Assembly: GCA_964414295.1 (NCBI GenBank)
Contig: CAYPVU010000007.1
Span: forward strand, 43,492 to 107,491
Source: an uncultured Candidatus Saccharibacteria bacterium
GTDB taxonomy: Bacteria > Patescibacteriota > Dojkabacteria > J137
Direction of reading: 5' to 3'
DNA: 64,000 bases
In this document: in pieces, positions 37,566 to 46,058 of the stretch
Layout of the letters: every line of letters starts with the position of its first letter
Position numbering within the stretch: the stretch's first letter is position 1
Position numbers and translations under genes: made by a program
The notes under the pieces: generated by a model
The model's input: the letters and a program-made list of their open reading frames with translations, nothing else
Told to the model about the DNA's origin: nothing
The model's database searches: none

Positions 37566-39110
37566 TTACCACCACCTTGGATCATCTCCATCCCAATAAG
37601 AAGGCCTGCTTCCATACCAACTTTGTCCCCCACCTCTGAGTAAAGCTGCTGCTTCTCCAGTAATGACTTGAACTCCAGGTCTGTCTTTTTCTGCAACTTT
37701 TAGTAATACCATAGTAAATGCATCGACCAAATCATCATGTTTTTCTACACCAAAATATATAAGTTGCTGTATTAAATCTTCAGCTCCATTTCTCGGAAAT
37801 AGAACTTGACCTAATCGAATAAATGGAGTGACAGAATTTAATCTTGATCTTTTATCTTGTCCATGAACTTTAAACCCTTTTGCATTCAGTCCTTTATTTT
37901 TTAATTGCTGAATTACCGATGCTTGATATCCTACCTCTTCAATATATACTTCAGGTCTTCTGCCATAATGTTGCTCACGGCCTTTTTCTTTCAATACCTC
38001 AATTGTTGTTGGAAACTCAACTCTTTTATTAAATGGATGCGGTAAAATGTAAACCTTCAATTTTTCAAGGTTCCCAAATACATGTGCCGTTACCATAGCA
38101 CTGTAGTCTGCAGAATCATTCATAGAAATAGCTAGATCAACTCCGATAATTGTATACTCGTAATCTTTAGTATTTTCAGGCAAGGTGTCATAATATTGTA
38201 TCCATTCTCGATAAACTAGCTGATCATCTTCAGGAATAATTTTAAGCATGTATTCTCTTTGCCATGCTTTATCATCTCCTATGATGTTTTTAAAATCATT
38301 AATGGCATCCATATCCTTAAATTTACTTAGCCAAAGTATGTTATTGTTGCTATCTACAATTGGATATTCTCGAAATATTGCATTCATATTTTCTTCAGTA
38401 ATTTTCTTCTTTAATCTCATAAGAAGAGAATCTTCGTGCAAAAGATTTCCAATCATTATTATTTTTGTAGTTTGATCACCAAGAGGAATAACTTCACCAG
38501 TTAACCATGAATATGTTTTATCTCTGCTTTCTTTTGTTTTAATAGTAGCTAGATCTTCAACATCATCACAGATTATTAAATCAGGTCTATGAGCTCCATG
38601 TCTAATACCTCGAATACTTTGCTCACTAGAAGCTGCAATAATTCTTGCATTAAATTTTGGAAGAACCAATGAGTATGAACCCCATTCATCAGATTCTTCT
38701 TCTAAAGCTCCTAAATCATTTCTTAAAACTTCATTACTTTCTAGCTCACGTTTTAAATTGGCAAAGTGAGTTCTAACTTGTTGTTGAGTTTGAGAAATTA
38801 TTACAACACATTTCTTTTGTTGCTTACCTAAAATTGCCCATAGAGGGTATGACATTGTCATGATTGTTGATTTAGCAGATCCTCTAAATGCAATGATTAC
38901 TGCCATCTTTATTTCATCATCTTCAGTTATTTTGAACATTTCTCTTTGAAAATCAGCTGTAGGGTAAGCAACATACTCACTAAAATATAGATGAAAAAAC
39001 CAATAATGACTTTCTCTTGTCAATTCTTTTCTAGCTCTTTTATCAACTAGAATCTTTTCAATTATTTCCATAGGCATCTCGAAATCTTTATTAATTTGTT
39101 TCTTGTTCAT
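37566..39110 (-). CDS. terL: Phage-type terminase large subunit (ATPase + RNaseH-like nuclease)
   Basis: Walker A AFRGSAKST, Walker B LIICDDVED, and C-terminal nuclease acidic residues (GVDLAISMNDSADYSAMV, KHDDLVDAFTM). Confidence 0.8.
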   Translation of the reverse strand: MNKKQINKDFEMPMEIIEKILVDKRARKELTRESHYWFFHLYFSEYVAYPTADFQREMFKITEDDEIKMAVIIAFRGSAKSTIMTMSYPLWAILGKQQKKCVVIISQTQQQVRTHFANLKRELESNEVLRNDLGALEEESDEWGSYSLVLPKFNARIIAASSEQSIRGIRHGAHRPDLIICDDVEDLATIKTKESRDKTYSWLTGEVIPLGDQTTKIIMIGNLLHEDSLLMRLKKKITEENMNAIFREYPIVDSNNNILWLSKFKDMDAINDFKNIIGDDKAWQREYMLKIIPEDDQLVYREWIQYYDTLPENTKDYEYTIIGVDLAISMNDSADYSAMVTAHVFGNLEKLKVYILPHPFNKRVEFPTTIEVLKEKGREQHYGRRPEVYIEEVGYQASVIQQLKNKGLNAKGFKVHGQDKRSRLNSVTPFIRLGQVLFPRNGAEDLIQQLIYFGVEKHDDLVDAFTMVLLKVAEKDRPGVQVITGEAAALLRGGGQSWYGSRPSYWDGDDPRWW

Positions 39111-39492
39111 CTTCTGAATTATTAACAGATAAATTAAACGCCATGCTCAACGATTTTCTAATCGTTTCTTTTTGTTCTTCAGTTAGCGGAAGATCAGCAC
39201 TTTTAGTAGTAACTTCTAACTTTGGAGAGTATTGCTTATGGTGATTTTTAAGCCAGAATATGATCCCTGTCATATTTCCATTTTTAATTGATGTTATTAA
39301 TTGGCTCTCAGCCATATCATTAACCAACTGAGAGCCCTCATTTAAAGCAAATTCCGCTTCTTCAGCAAATTTCTGATCTCTTTTCTTCCATCTATAGAAT
39401 GTCGCTCTGCCGATTCCAATCTTTTTACAAGCAACTTCAATGACTGGAGTTTTTCTTAGTTGTTCAACTAATTCTTTCTTTTTATTTTTCAT
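39091..39492 (-). CDS. Terminase small subunit-like HTH protein
   Basis: ACKKIGIGRATFYRWKK HTH. Size 133 aa. Immediately upstream of terL and overlapping it. Confidence 0.5.
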   Translation of the reverse strand: MKNKKKELVEQLRKTPVIEVACKKIGIGRATFYRWKKRDQKFAEEAEFALNEGSQLVNDMAESQLITSIKNGNMTGIIFWLKNHHKQYSPKLEVTTKSADLPLTEEQKETIRKSLSMAFNLSVNNSEDEQETN

Positions 39493-42287
39493 GATATTTT
39501 TACTCCTTTCTTACCAGTTAATTTTTCCCAACGATTCTTAATTACTTCTGCATAAACTGGTGATTTTTCCATTAAGTAACATCTTCTTTTCATTTTTGTT
39601 GATGCGATTAGTGTTGAACCGCTTCCTCCAAATGGTTCAATTATCAAATCATCCCTTTGGGTCAGAACTTTAATGTATGGAATTAGAATTTCGAGTGGCT
39701 TAGTTCCAAAAATAATTCCTTGACCAGAACTTTTTTCATCTGAAGCTTTATATTCAATAAAGTCAGTTGGCTGAATCTTTTTTCCTTTTTCATATCCTTC
39801 CCAGTGTGGTTTACCAGCAGTTGCATAGAGAGCAGATTCGTATTCATTTTGTAGAAGCTCATCTTCTGGTTCTAAGTTCAAAGTTTCTTTATTTTCAGTT
39901 GACCCAACCATAGCAATATCATGCTTCGAAAAGAATTTATATTTAGCTGCAAATCCTTGATTCCTATTTGGGAGATGCCAAACTAACATATTCTTAACTT
40001 TCCAGTATTTTTCCATTTCATTCCAAATTGTTCTAATGTTTTTCCAATTTTCATAAACGATAATATGAAAGTTGTCCTTCGAAATTTTAGATACATTCCC
40101 CATCCATAGCTCTGTAAAGTTATCCGGGAGCTCATCTAACTGATTCTCGTGTTGATAATTAATTGACCTAGAAATTAAATATTTTAAAGGCTTAGAATTA
40201 ATCCAATCAAAAATTAATATGGAATAAAATTTCAAGAGATTAATTTGCTTTTCATTTTTTGCAAGTTTAAGTATCTGATCTCTGCCTACCTCTTCTTCTT
40301 GCCAGTTATAGTATTTGTGCATAAATTTTAGCACTTCAAGAATTTCATTTGTTGTTGGGTTACTAGTGAGCTTAATAAGAGAGTTACTATCTAGTTTCAA
40401 GATTTGATTCTGATACTCTAGACTAATTGATGATGAAACCTTAAGTATATCCATTGGAACTTTATTTGAATTAGTTTCATTTTCAAGAACCTTAGCCGAG
40501 TCAGGGATTTCTGTTAGGAGTGTGTTTAAAAATACTGATCCGGTTCTTTCGATTGAGTGCAGAAGTGCGATATTTGAATAGTGATTTAAGATTTCTACTT
40601 CGTAATTGGTGTTACTTTTTCTAGTTAACTCATGGTCTCCTAGAGTTAAAAATATATTCTCATAAAACTTTTTCTGTCCATCTATAACTTGCGATTTTAC
40701 TTTCGGCGGTTTTTCTTTTGAGAAAAGATCTTCAAGTACACTTTTCTTATTCCAGTCTTTAGCATTCTTTTCTTTAACGACAAAGATGTTGCCTGAGAAT
40801 TCCTTACTAAGCCTACCAGCTCTACCAATAAGATTCAGGAAATCTACCTTTCTAAAGTTTGACATACCGATTTTCTCACTAAGTATGAATATATTTTTTG
40901 CTGGAAGATTCACTCCTTCTAATAATGTTGAAGTACAAAAAAGATAATCCAGATGACCGTTCCTAAATAAATTCTCTAGTTGGACTCTAATTCTCTGAGG
41001 TAGATCACCAAAATGAAATCCTATTCCTTTTTTAAGGCAATTTATTAAATAATATTCTTCATGAATAGTTTCTTTTATTAGCTTTATAAGTTGATTAACC
41101 TTTTCGTCATTCTTATCCAATAGTTGCTCCGAAAATTGAATAGCATAATCTCTTGTTTTATTTTTAGAATTACAATAAATTATACTTTTCCCAGTTCCAG
41201 AAATTGAAGTTATCCATTCAAATAAGCCTTTATCGTTATTCAAATGCATAGAACTTGTTTCAAATTCTCCAATAATTTTTAATTCTTGATCCTGGAGATC
41301 AAGGAAATATTTATTTTGTGATACTGGACTTTCAATAGTATAAAAAGATTCATCAGTGCTCTTATCAAAAAGTTTCAGGTAAATCTCAGGATTAGATATG
41401 TTTGGTGATGCAAAGTATAGTTTCATAGATTTCTTTTGCGCCTGCAAAATCGCATGATAATACAAAGGACTTCTTGTATCTTTTTCTGATATGACTTTAT
41501 GTGCTTCGTCAATAAACAAATATTCAATTGAAGGATTATTTTTGTCAGATATGTATGATATTAACCTCTCAGGAGTGAAAATAAATATGTAATTATTACC
41601 CTTATTTTTTATGTATTGTGGAATTTTCGGATGAACTAGTATTTCGAAATTATTAATCTCTTTAAAATTCTCCTTAAGCTTTAAAAGATTTTGATTGATT
41701 AGTGCACGTGTTGGCACTAGAATTGCAATATTATCCTTAATTTTTTCTTCAATAATTAAATATTTTATAAATGATTCAATAATAAATGACTTTCCTAATG
41801 ATGTTGGACCAGAGAAGCTAAAATGTTGATTTTTCTTTAGTAGTTCAAATATATTGTACTGGCTATCCGTAAATACAAGTTCTGAATTAGGAACAGCTTG
41901 AATTGAGCGTTTTATAGTTTCTTCATATTGATTTTCAGTAGGAATTTGAAATTCAGCATTACTTCTTGTCTTTTCAAAAAATTTAATAGCAGGGAAATTC
42001 CCAAGTTTAACTAATATTACTTTTAAGATGTTTTCTATAATTTGAGGAGATTTATGATACTCAAAAATAAGACTAACTATTTTATATGCTAAATTTCTTG
42101 CCATTTCATTTTGTGACGAAGATAATATGTCTGCAAACCTCAATAAGTGATAGAATTCTTTTTCAGATAGACCTTCATCAATTTCAGTACTCAGTATATT
42201 CTCATAGGATATATTCACCTCAAGTTTAGTTATAATTTTCGCAAGGTAGTTATCATTAAGTGCTTTTTTTGCTAACTGTTCTATCAT
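39489..42287 (-). CDS. SF2 DExH helicase fused to a C-terminal beta-class N4/N6 DNA-methyltransferase-like domain (catalytic DPPY motif not found)
   Basis: Helicase motifs: SGPTSLGKSF (I), ILVPTRAL (Ia), FIDEAHKV (II), TSTLLEGVNLPA (V), LIGRAGRL (VI). C-terminus: LVWHLPNRNQGFAAKYKFFSKHDIAMV and GTKPLEILIPYIKVLTQRDDLIIEPFGGSGSTLIAS match the PF01555-type segment ..TQKP..DPFxGSGTT. No D/N/SPPY motif upstream (VYENW occupies that position). Confidence 0.7.
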   Translation of the reverse strand: MIEQLAKKALNDNYLAKIITKLEVNISYENILSTEIDEGLSEKEFYHLLRFADILSSSQNEMARNLAYKIVSLIFEYHKSPQIIENILKVILVKLGNFPAIKFFEKTRSNAEFQIPTENQYEETIKRSIQAVPNSELVFTDSQYNIFELLKKNQHFSFSGPTSLGKSFIIESFIKYLIIEEKIKDNIAILVPTRALINQNLLKLKENFKEINNFEILVHPKIPQYIKNKGNNYIFIFTPERLISYISDKNNPSIEYLFIDEAHKVISEKDTRSPLYYHAILQAQKKSMKLYFASPNISNPEIYLKLFDKSTDESFYTIESPVSQNKYFLDLQDQELKIIGEFETSSMHLNNDKGLFEWITSISGTGKSIIYCNSKNKTRDYAIQFSEQLLDKNDEKVNQLIKLIKETIHEEYYLINCLKKGIGFHFGDLPQRIRVQLENLFRNGHLDYLFCTSTLLEGVNLPAKNIFILSEKIGMSNFRKVDFLNLIGRAGRLSKEFSGNIFVVKEKNAKDWNKKSVLEDLFSKEKPPKVKSQVIDGQKKFYENIFLTLGDHELTRKSNTNYEVEILNHYSNIALLHSIERTGSVFLNTLLTEIPDSAKVLENETNSNKVPMDILKVSSSISLEYQNQILKLDSNSLIKLTSNPTTNEILEVLKFMHKYYNWQEEEVGRDQILKLAKNEKQINLLKFYSILIFDWINSKPLKYLISRSINYQHENQLDELPDNFTELWMGNVSKISKDNFHIIVYENWKNIRTIWNEMEKYWKVKNMLVWHLPNRNQGFAAKYKFFSKHDIAMVGSTENKETLNLEPEDELLQNEYESALYATAGKPHWEGYEKGKKIQPTDFIEYKASDEKSSGQGIIFGTKPLEILIPYIKVLTQRDDLIIEPFGGSGSTLIASTKMKRRCYLMEKSPVYAEVIKNRWEKLTGKKGVKIS

Positions 42288-42288
42288 A

Positions 42289-43200
42289 TTAGGATGTTAT
42301 AGATTGAGTTATATCAGTTCTAGCTTTATCTAGTTCTGTAAAAGGTAAAATGTATAGATAAAAGCAATGGCCAGCTAAATCATGTTCACTAATCTTATTT
42401 GAAATATTTTTGAACTGACCTTCCACTTCTTTTCTTATTTTATTATTTATAGAATTTCTAAAATCATTATTTGACAATCTCTTTTCTTCGGGAGATAGCT
42501 CTATCTCATAACCTATAAATATCCCAAAAGCATCATCTACCTGGAAACTATTACTTTCTTTTGGATAAATCAAATCTTGAATGATTGAAATTTCCTCAGC
42601 TGTGAAAGATTCATTCTCTAGGTGGCTACTAATAAGGGCCTTCTCAAAATTAATCCCACTTTTTTCATCCCCTTTATTATTTACCTCATTTTTGAAATCT
42701 GATATAGATTTTAAGGCTTCACTTATGGCATTCGTAAGATCCTTTATTGTTTTGGACTCTCCAAATATGATTTGATAGTTACCATTTTCTAGTCTAAGAA
42801 AATGGATACCGTCTGAGCCATTTACATAAAATTTATTAGATGTCTTTAATTCTAGTTTAGATAATATTTTGGGAGCTTTAAGATGATTTTTTAAAAAACA
42901 ATAAAGCAAAAGCTCACCAAGTTCTCCTGTATTCATTTCCTTTATGAATCTTTCTCTAGCTCGCTTAGATAGAGTGGCCGGTTTCCCTTGTAGTTTTTCT
43001 CTTGTTTTTCCGGATAATGAAAAGTCTATTAAAGGTTCCAATAATCTTTCTTTAATAAGATCATAGTTAAATGAGTTGGCATTAATATTATGGACAAATA
43101 GACTTAGTTTAGTTTTAGGGTTTAGTGGATCTATTTCCCTACTATCTATTAAATTTACAAATGATTCTAAAAAATCATCATTCATATCTATATTTTTCAC
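42289..43200 (-). CDS. PD-(D/E)xK-like nuclease candidate (Hachiman HamA-like position)
   Basis: VNGSDGIHFLRLENGNYQIIFGESKT gives D-x18-ESK, compatible with the PD-(D/E)xK core. 303 aa. Abuts the helicase gene with a 1-nt spacer. Confidence 0.35.
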   Translation of the reverse strand: MKNIDMNDDFLESFVNLIDSREIDPLNPKTKLSLFVHNINANSFNYDLIKERLLEPLIDFSLSGKTREKLQGKPATLSKRARERFIKEMNTGELGELLLYCFLKNHLKAPKILSKLELKTSNKFYVNGSDGIHFLRLENGNYQIIFGESKTIKDLTNAISEALKSISDFKNEVNNKGDEKSGINFEKALISSHLENESFTAEEISIIQDLIYPKESNSFQVDDAFGIFIGYEIELSPEEKRLSNNDFRNSINNKIRKEVEGQFKNISNKISEHDLAGHCFYLYILPFTELDKARTDITQSITS

Positions 43201-43288
43201 TTATACCAAATAAAATTAGTTGAAATATTTTCATAATGAAATCTCATTCTGATTTTTGGTAGAATTATATCAAAATTATATATAAATT

Positions 43289-44914
43289 ATGCAATATCTT
43301 CAGAATCAACAATATTATGAAGATCGTTATGACTTATTAACTATCGAGCTTTGCCTAGATAAGATTGATTTCGTAAATAAGGTTGCAAAAGATTCTCTTG
43401 ATTCTCCTGATTTCAAAAATACTCCAATCGAAGAGGTTGATAAAGGATGGCGATATGTTCTGCATGAACAGCTTTTAAATACCGAATTACACAGATATAA
43501 GAATCGAGAAACTGAAATAAACAAATCAATAGAAGAAGCCAGACTCAGACAAGATAAGTATGATAATACTCCAGCTCCATCAGTTAAATGCACTACTTGC
43601 AGAAAATTAATGGATGTAACAATGAAGTCACTTGATTGGCATGATACGGATCCAAAGAAAATGCTATTTTTCTTTGAATGCCCTTCATGTAAGAAGCGTA
43701 AACATGTTTGGGAAGATGGAAAGGAATGGATCTATGAACCCGATCTTTGTCCAAAATGTAAGTCAGAAGTTAAGCAAAGTTATAAACGAAAAGGCGATAT
43801 AGTTACTACTATAATAAAATGTACTTCATGTAGTTATAAGAATGTAGAAGTTGATGACTATAAAAAAGATGAGGAAGAAAGATTGCTGAAAAAACAAAAA
43901 GAGAAAGATTTATTAGAAAAATATAGACCAGAGTTTTGTTTATCAAAAGAGAAAGGTGATGAGTTACTGGATGGATTTGAACAGCTCAAGTTTATGAATG
44001 AAGTATATGAATATGAACTTCAAAAATACCAAGATCCAGCTTTTGAAAAAACCTTTAATGTAAAAAAGCTAACCATTATTGAACTTGAAAAGCTACTTAA
44101 TAAAAAGTTAGTTAAATATAAGTTTAAAAAATTAATTTTAGATAAACCCGAAATTACTCGATTTGTCATAGTCCCATTCTCAGTTCAAGATAATGATACA
44201 AATAGAAACAACAAAGATAGTACTAAAGAATTAGAGAAAATAATTAAAGAAACTTTAGAGATAACAAACTGGAGACTTACACCAGATGGTACTTCGTATA
44301 GATTAGGATATATATCAGGAAGGTTAAAAGGCTATGAACGAGATGAAGACCTACATGAATTATTTGGTAAAAAGAATGAAGAACCTAAAACAGAATTAGA
44401 TCCTGAGAAACTTTCAAAGTATTCAAATACTGCTGAAATAGCAAGATTATTTGCTAAGGTAGAAATAACAGATAGGTTAAGAAAGAAGAGATTAGTAAAA
44501 GAACCTGAGGGTTTCTTTTTAGAAGATCGAGAATCTGGTTATTCATGTAATCTTTGCTCTAGAGGTCTTAAAGGCAGTGAATCATGGTGGAACTTAGACG
44601 GTATTCAATGCATAGACTGCAGAAGAAATGTAAAGGAAGGAATAATTCCTGCTGAAATTATTAAGAATCATGATCTTTGGATTGCAAATTGGCAATTTAA
44701 AAGTGAATTTCGATTACATTCTGCTACAGTTAGCAAAATGAAACGAAATGGTGAACTCGTCGGTCGAGAATTAAAAGATTTAGAAGGTAAGACTTACTTT
44801 ACTGTTTACATGGTTGAAGATAATAAAAAGTTCTTTAAGAAGCATAGAAAGACTTCAAGCAATAATAGAAAATGGGAGTTTGTTGATAAGGATGGAATTG
44901 AGATATTACTTTGA
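43289..44914 (+). CDS. Zinc-ribbon-rich hypothetical protein
   Basis: At least five CxxC pairs (CTTCRK, CPSCKK, CPKCKS, CTSCSYK, CNLCSR...CIDCRR). 541 aa. Divergent from the nuclease/helicase operon. Confidence 0.4.
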   Translation: MQYLQNQQYYEDRYDLLTIELCLDKIDFVNKVAKDSLDSPDFKNTPIEEVDKGWRYVLHEQLLNTELHRYKNRETEINKSIEEARLRQDKYDNTPAPSVKCTTCRKLMDVTMKSLDWHDTDPKKMLFFFECPSCKKRKHVWEDGKEWIYEPDLCPKCKSEVKQSYKRKGDIVTTIIKCTSCSYKNVEVDDYKKDEEERLLKKQKEKDLLEKYRPEFCLSKEKGDELLDGFEQLKFMNEVYEYELQKYQDPAFEKTFNVKKLTIIELEKLLNKKLVKYKFKKLILDKPEITRFVIVPFSVQDNDTNRNNKDSTKELEKIIKETLEITNWRLTPDGTSYRLGYISGRLKGYERDEDLHELFGKKNEEPKTELDPEKLSKYSNTAEIARLFAKVEITDRLRKKRLVKEPEGFFLEDRESGYSCNLCSRGLKGSESWWNLDGIQCIDCRRNVKEGIIPAEIIKNHDLWIANWQFKSEFRLHSATVSKMKRNGELVGRELKDLEGKTYFTVYMVEDNKKFFKKHRKTSSNNRKWEFVDKDGIEILL

Positions 44915-45007
44915 TTGATTCAAAATTTGTAATGTAATACAAAGCTACTGAATATCTATAGGTGATATAATCTTAAACATCTATTTCAGAACGAGCTTAA
45001 TTCTACT

Positions 45008-46057
45008 ATGGTGAATGTAAATTTTGATAGGGAGTACTATAAAAATTTAATAGCGAAACATGGGTATCAAGAGCTAAATATTTCTGCAATTGACTTCAAT
45101 CTTGGCAATATTAACAAAGATATACTTCAGAGAAAATGGTTATGCCATAGTAAAGGAAACATATTTGCTAAAGAACTTCTAAACACAAAATCAATTGTAA
45201 CAACTGGTATAGGAATAAGTGGTGCTCCACATATGGGCACTTTAGGACAAATTTTTAATTCTATATTCCTTCAAAATCACGGTATCAATACGCAATTTGT
45301 ATTGGGAGATTTAGATGCTTATAACGGTAAAAAGCTTTCATTATCTTACGTAAGAGAACTTTCAGAGCAGTATAAATCATTTATTACTAACTTAGGCTAC
45401 TCTACAACGAATGGAAATATATTAAGGAATCAGTTTGATGCAAATGAAGTTACTAGGACCATGTACCTAATTGCAAAGTTTATAGAAGATAAAGATTTTG
45501 ATAATGTAGAAGAAGATCTTCACAACTTTTATTCTGATAAAGGAAAAGTAGATAAGGATATGTCCTTTAGACGTAAGACTTCTCTTACTCTTATGACTGC
45601 AGATTTTATAGATCTTGTTATCAATCACAGTTTTACTAACGTGTTAGTTACATTAGGAGTAGATGAACATAGGTATGTTTTGTTTTCAGAAAAGATTCTC
45701 GAAAGAGTTATAGAATCCGGTGAAATATTACCGAGCGACAGTAATATAAATTTTGGAGCAATGTACACTCACATAATCAGAGGTTTTAATAACTATCCTA
45801 AAATGTCGAAATCATTCCCTGATTCTTCCATAAATATTGAAATGAATTCAGATGACATAAGAAATAGAATCTTGAATGAAAAAACAAACAAAATTCCAGA
45901 AGAAGACACTGTATATCAAATGATGTGTCTAGTAAGTAAATTTAATAGTGAGGACCTGTCTGAAAGATATATTGCATGCAAAGAAGATAAAGCATTATGG
46001 AAGAAATATAAAAGCGACTATTTAGAATACTTGATAGATATTTTTAAACTGTGGTGA
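45008..46057 (+). CDS. Class I aminoacyl-tRNA synthetase paralogue of archaeal-type TyrRS/TrpRS family
   Basis: Exact KMSKS motif (YPKMSKSFPDSS). GISGAPHMGTLG occupies the HIGH position. LQNHGINTQFVLGDLDAYNGKK parallels the M. jannaschii TyrRS segment [24 protein letters not shown]. Confidence 0.6.
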   Translation: MVNVNFDREYYKNLIAKHGYQELNISAIDFNLGNINKDILQRKWLCHSKGNIFAKELLNTKSIVTTGIGISGAPHMGTLGQIFNSIFLQNHGINTQFVLGDLDAYNGKKLSLSYVRELSEQYKSFITNLGYSTTNGNILRNQFDANEVTRTMYLIAKFIEDKDFDNVEEDLHNFYSDKGKVDKDMSFRRKTSLTLMTADFIDLVINHSFTNVLVTLGVDEHRYVLFSEKILERVIESGEILPSDSNINFGAMYTHIIRGFNNYPKMSKSFPDSSINIEMNSDDIRNRILNEKTNKIPEEDTVYQMMCLVSKFNSEDLSERYIACKEDKALWKKYKSDYLEYLIDIFKLW

Positions 46058-46058
46058 A

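Larger units (their letters stand above)
21566..44914. mobile_element. Mosaic integrated mobile/defence island adjacent to tRNA-Ser (right boundary uncertain; could extend to tRNA-Tyr at 50.9 kb)
   Basis: Two large serine recombinases, a phage-like regulatory switch, a P-loop replication protein, TerS/TerL, defence-like genes, an island-encoded tRNA, strand-block switching, and GC-anomalous segments. The left edge sits on tRNA-Ser. No direct-repeat att pair could be confirmed by eye. Confidence 0.5.

Noticed and set aside
36513-38475. ORFs 36513..36854 (+), 36521..36745 (-), 38248..38475 (+)
   Set aside because: They are out-of-frame or antisense ORFs within the serine recombinase and TerL genes.
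39489-40300. Active type II/III-like DNA methyltransferase call for the C-terminus of the 932-aa protein
   Set aside because: Motif I and the TQKP-like region are present, but no D/N/S-PP-Y/F/W catalytic motif could be found upstream. I therefore describe it as MTase-like (possibly inactive) rather than an RM methylase.
42581-43593. ORFs 42581..42775 (+) and 43327..43593 (-)
   Set aside because: They are antisense to the 303-aa nuclease-like gene and to the zinc-ribbon gene respectively.
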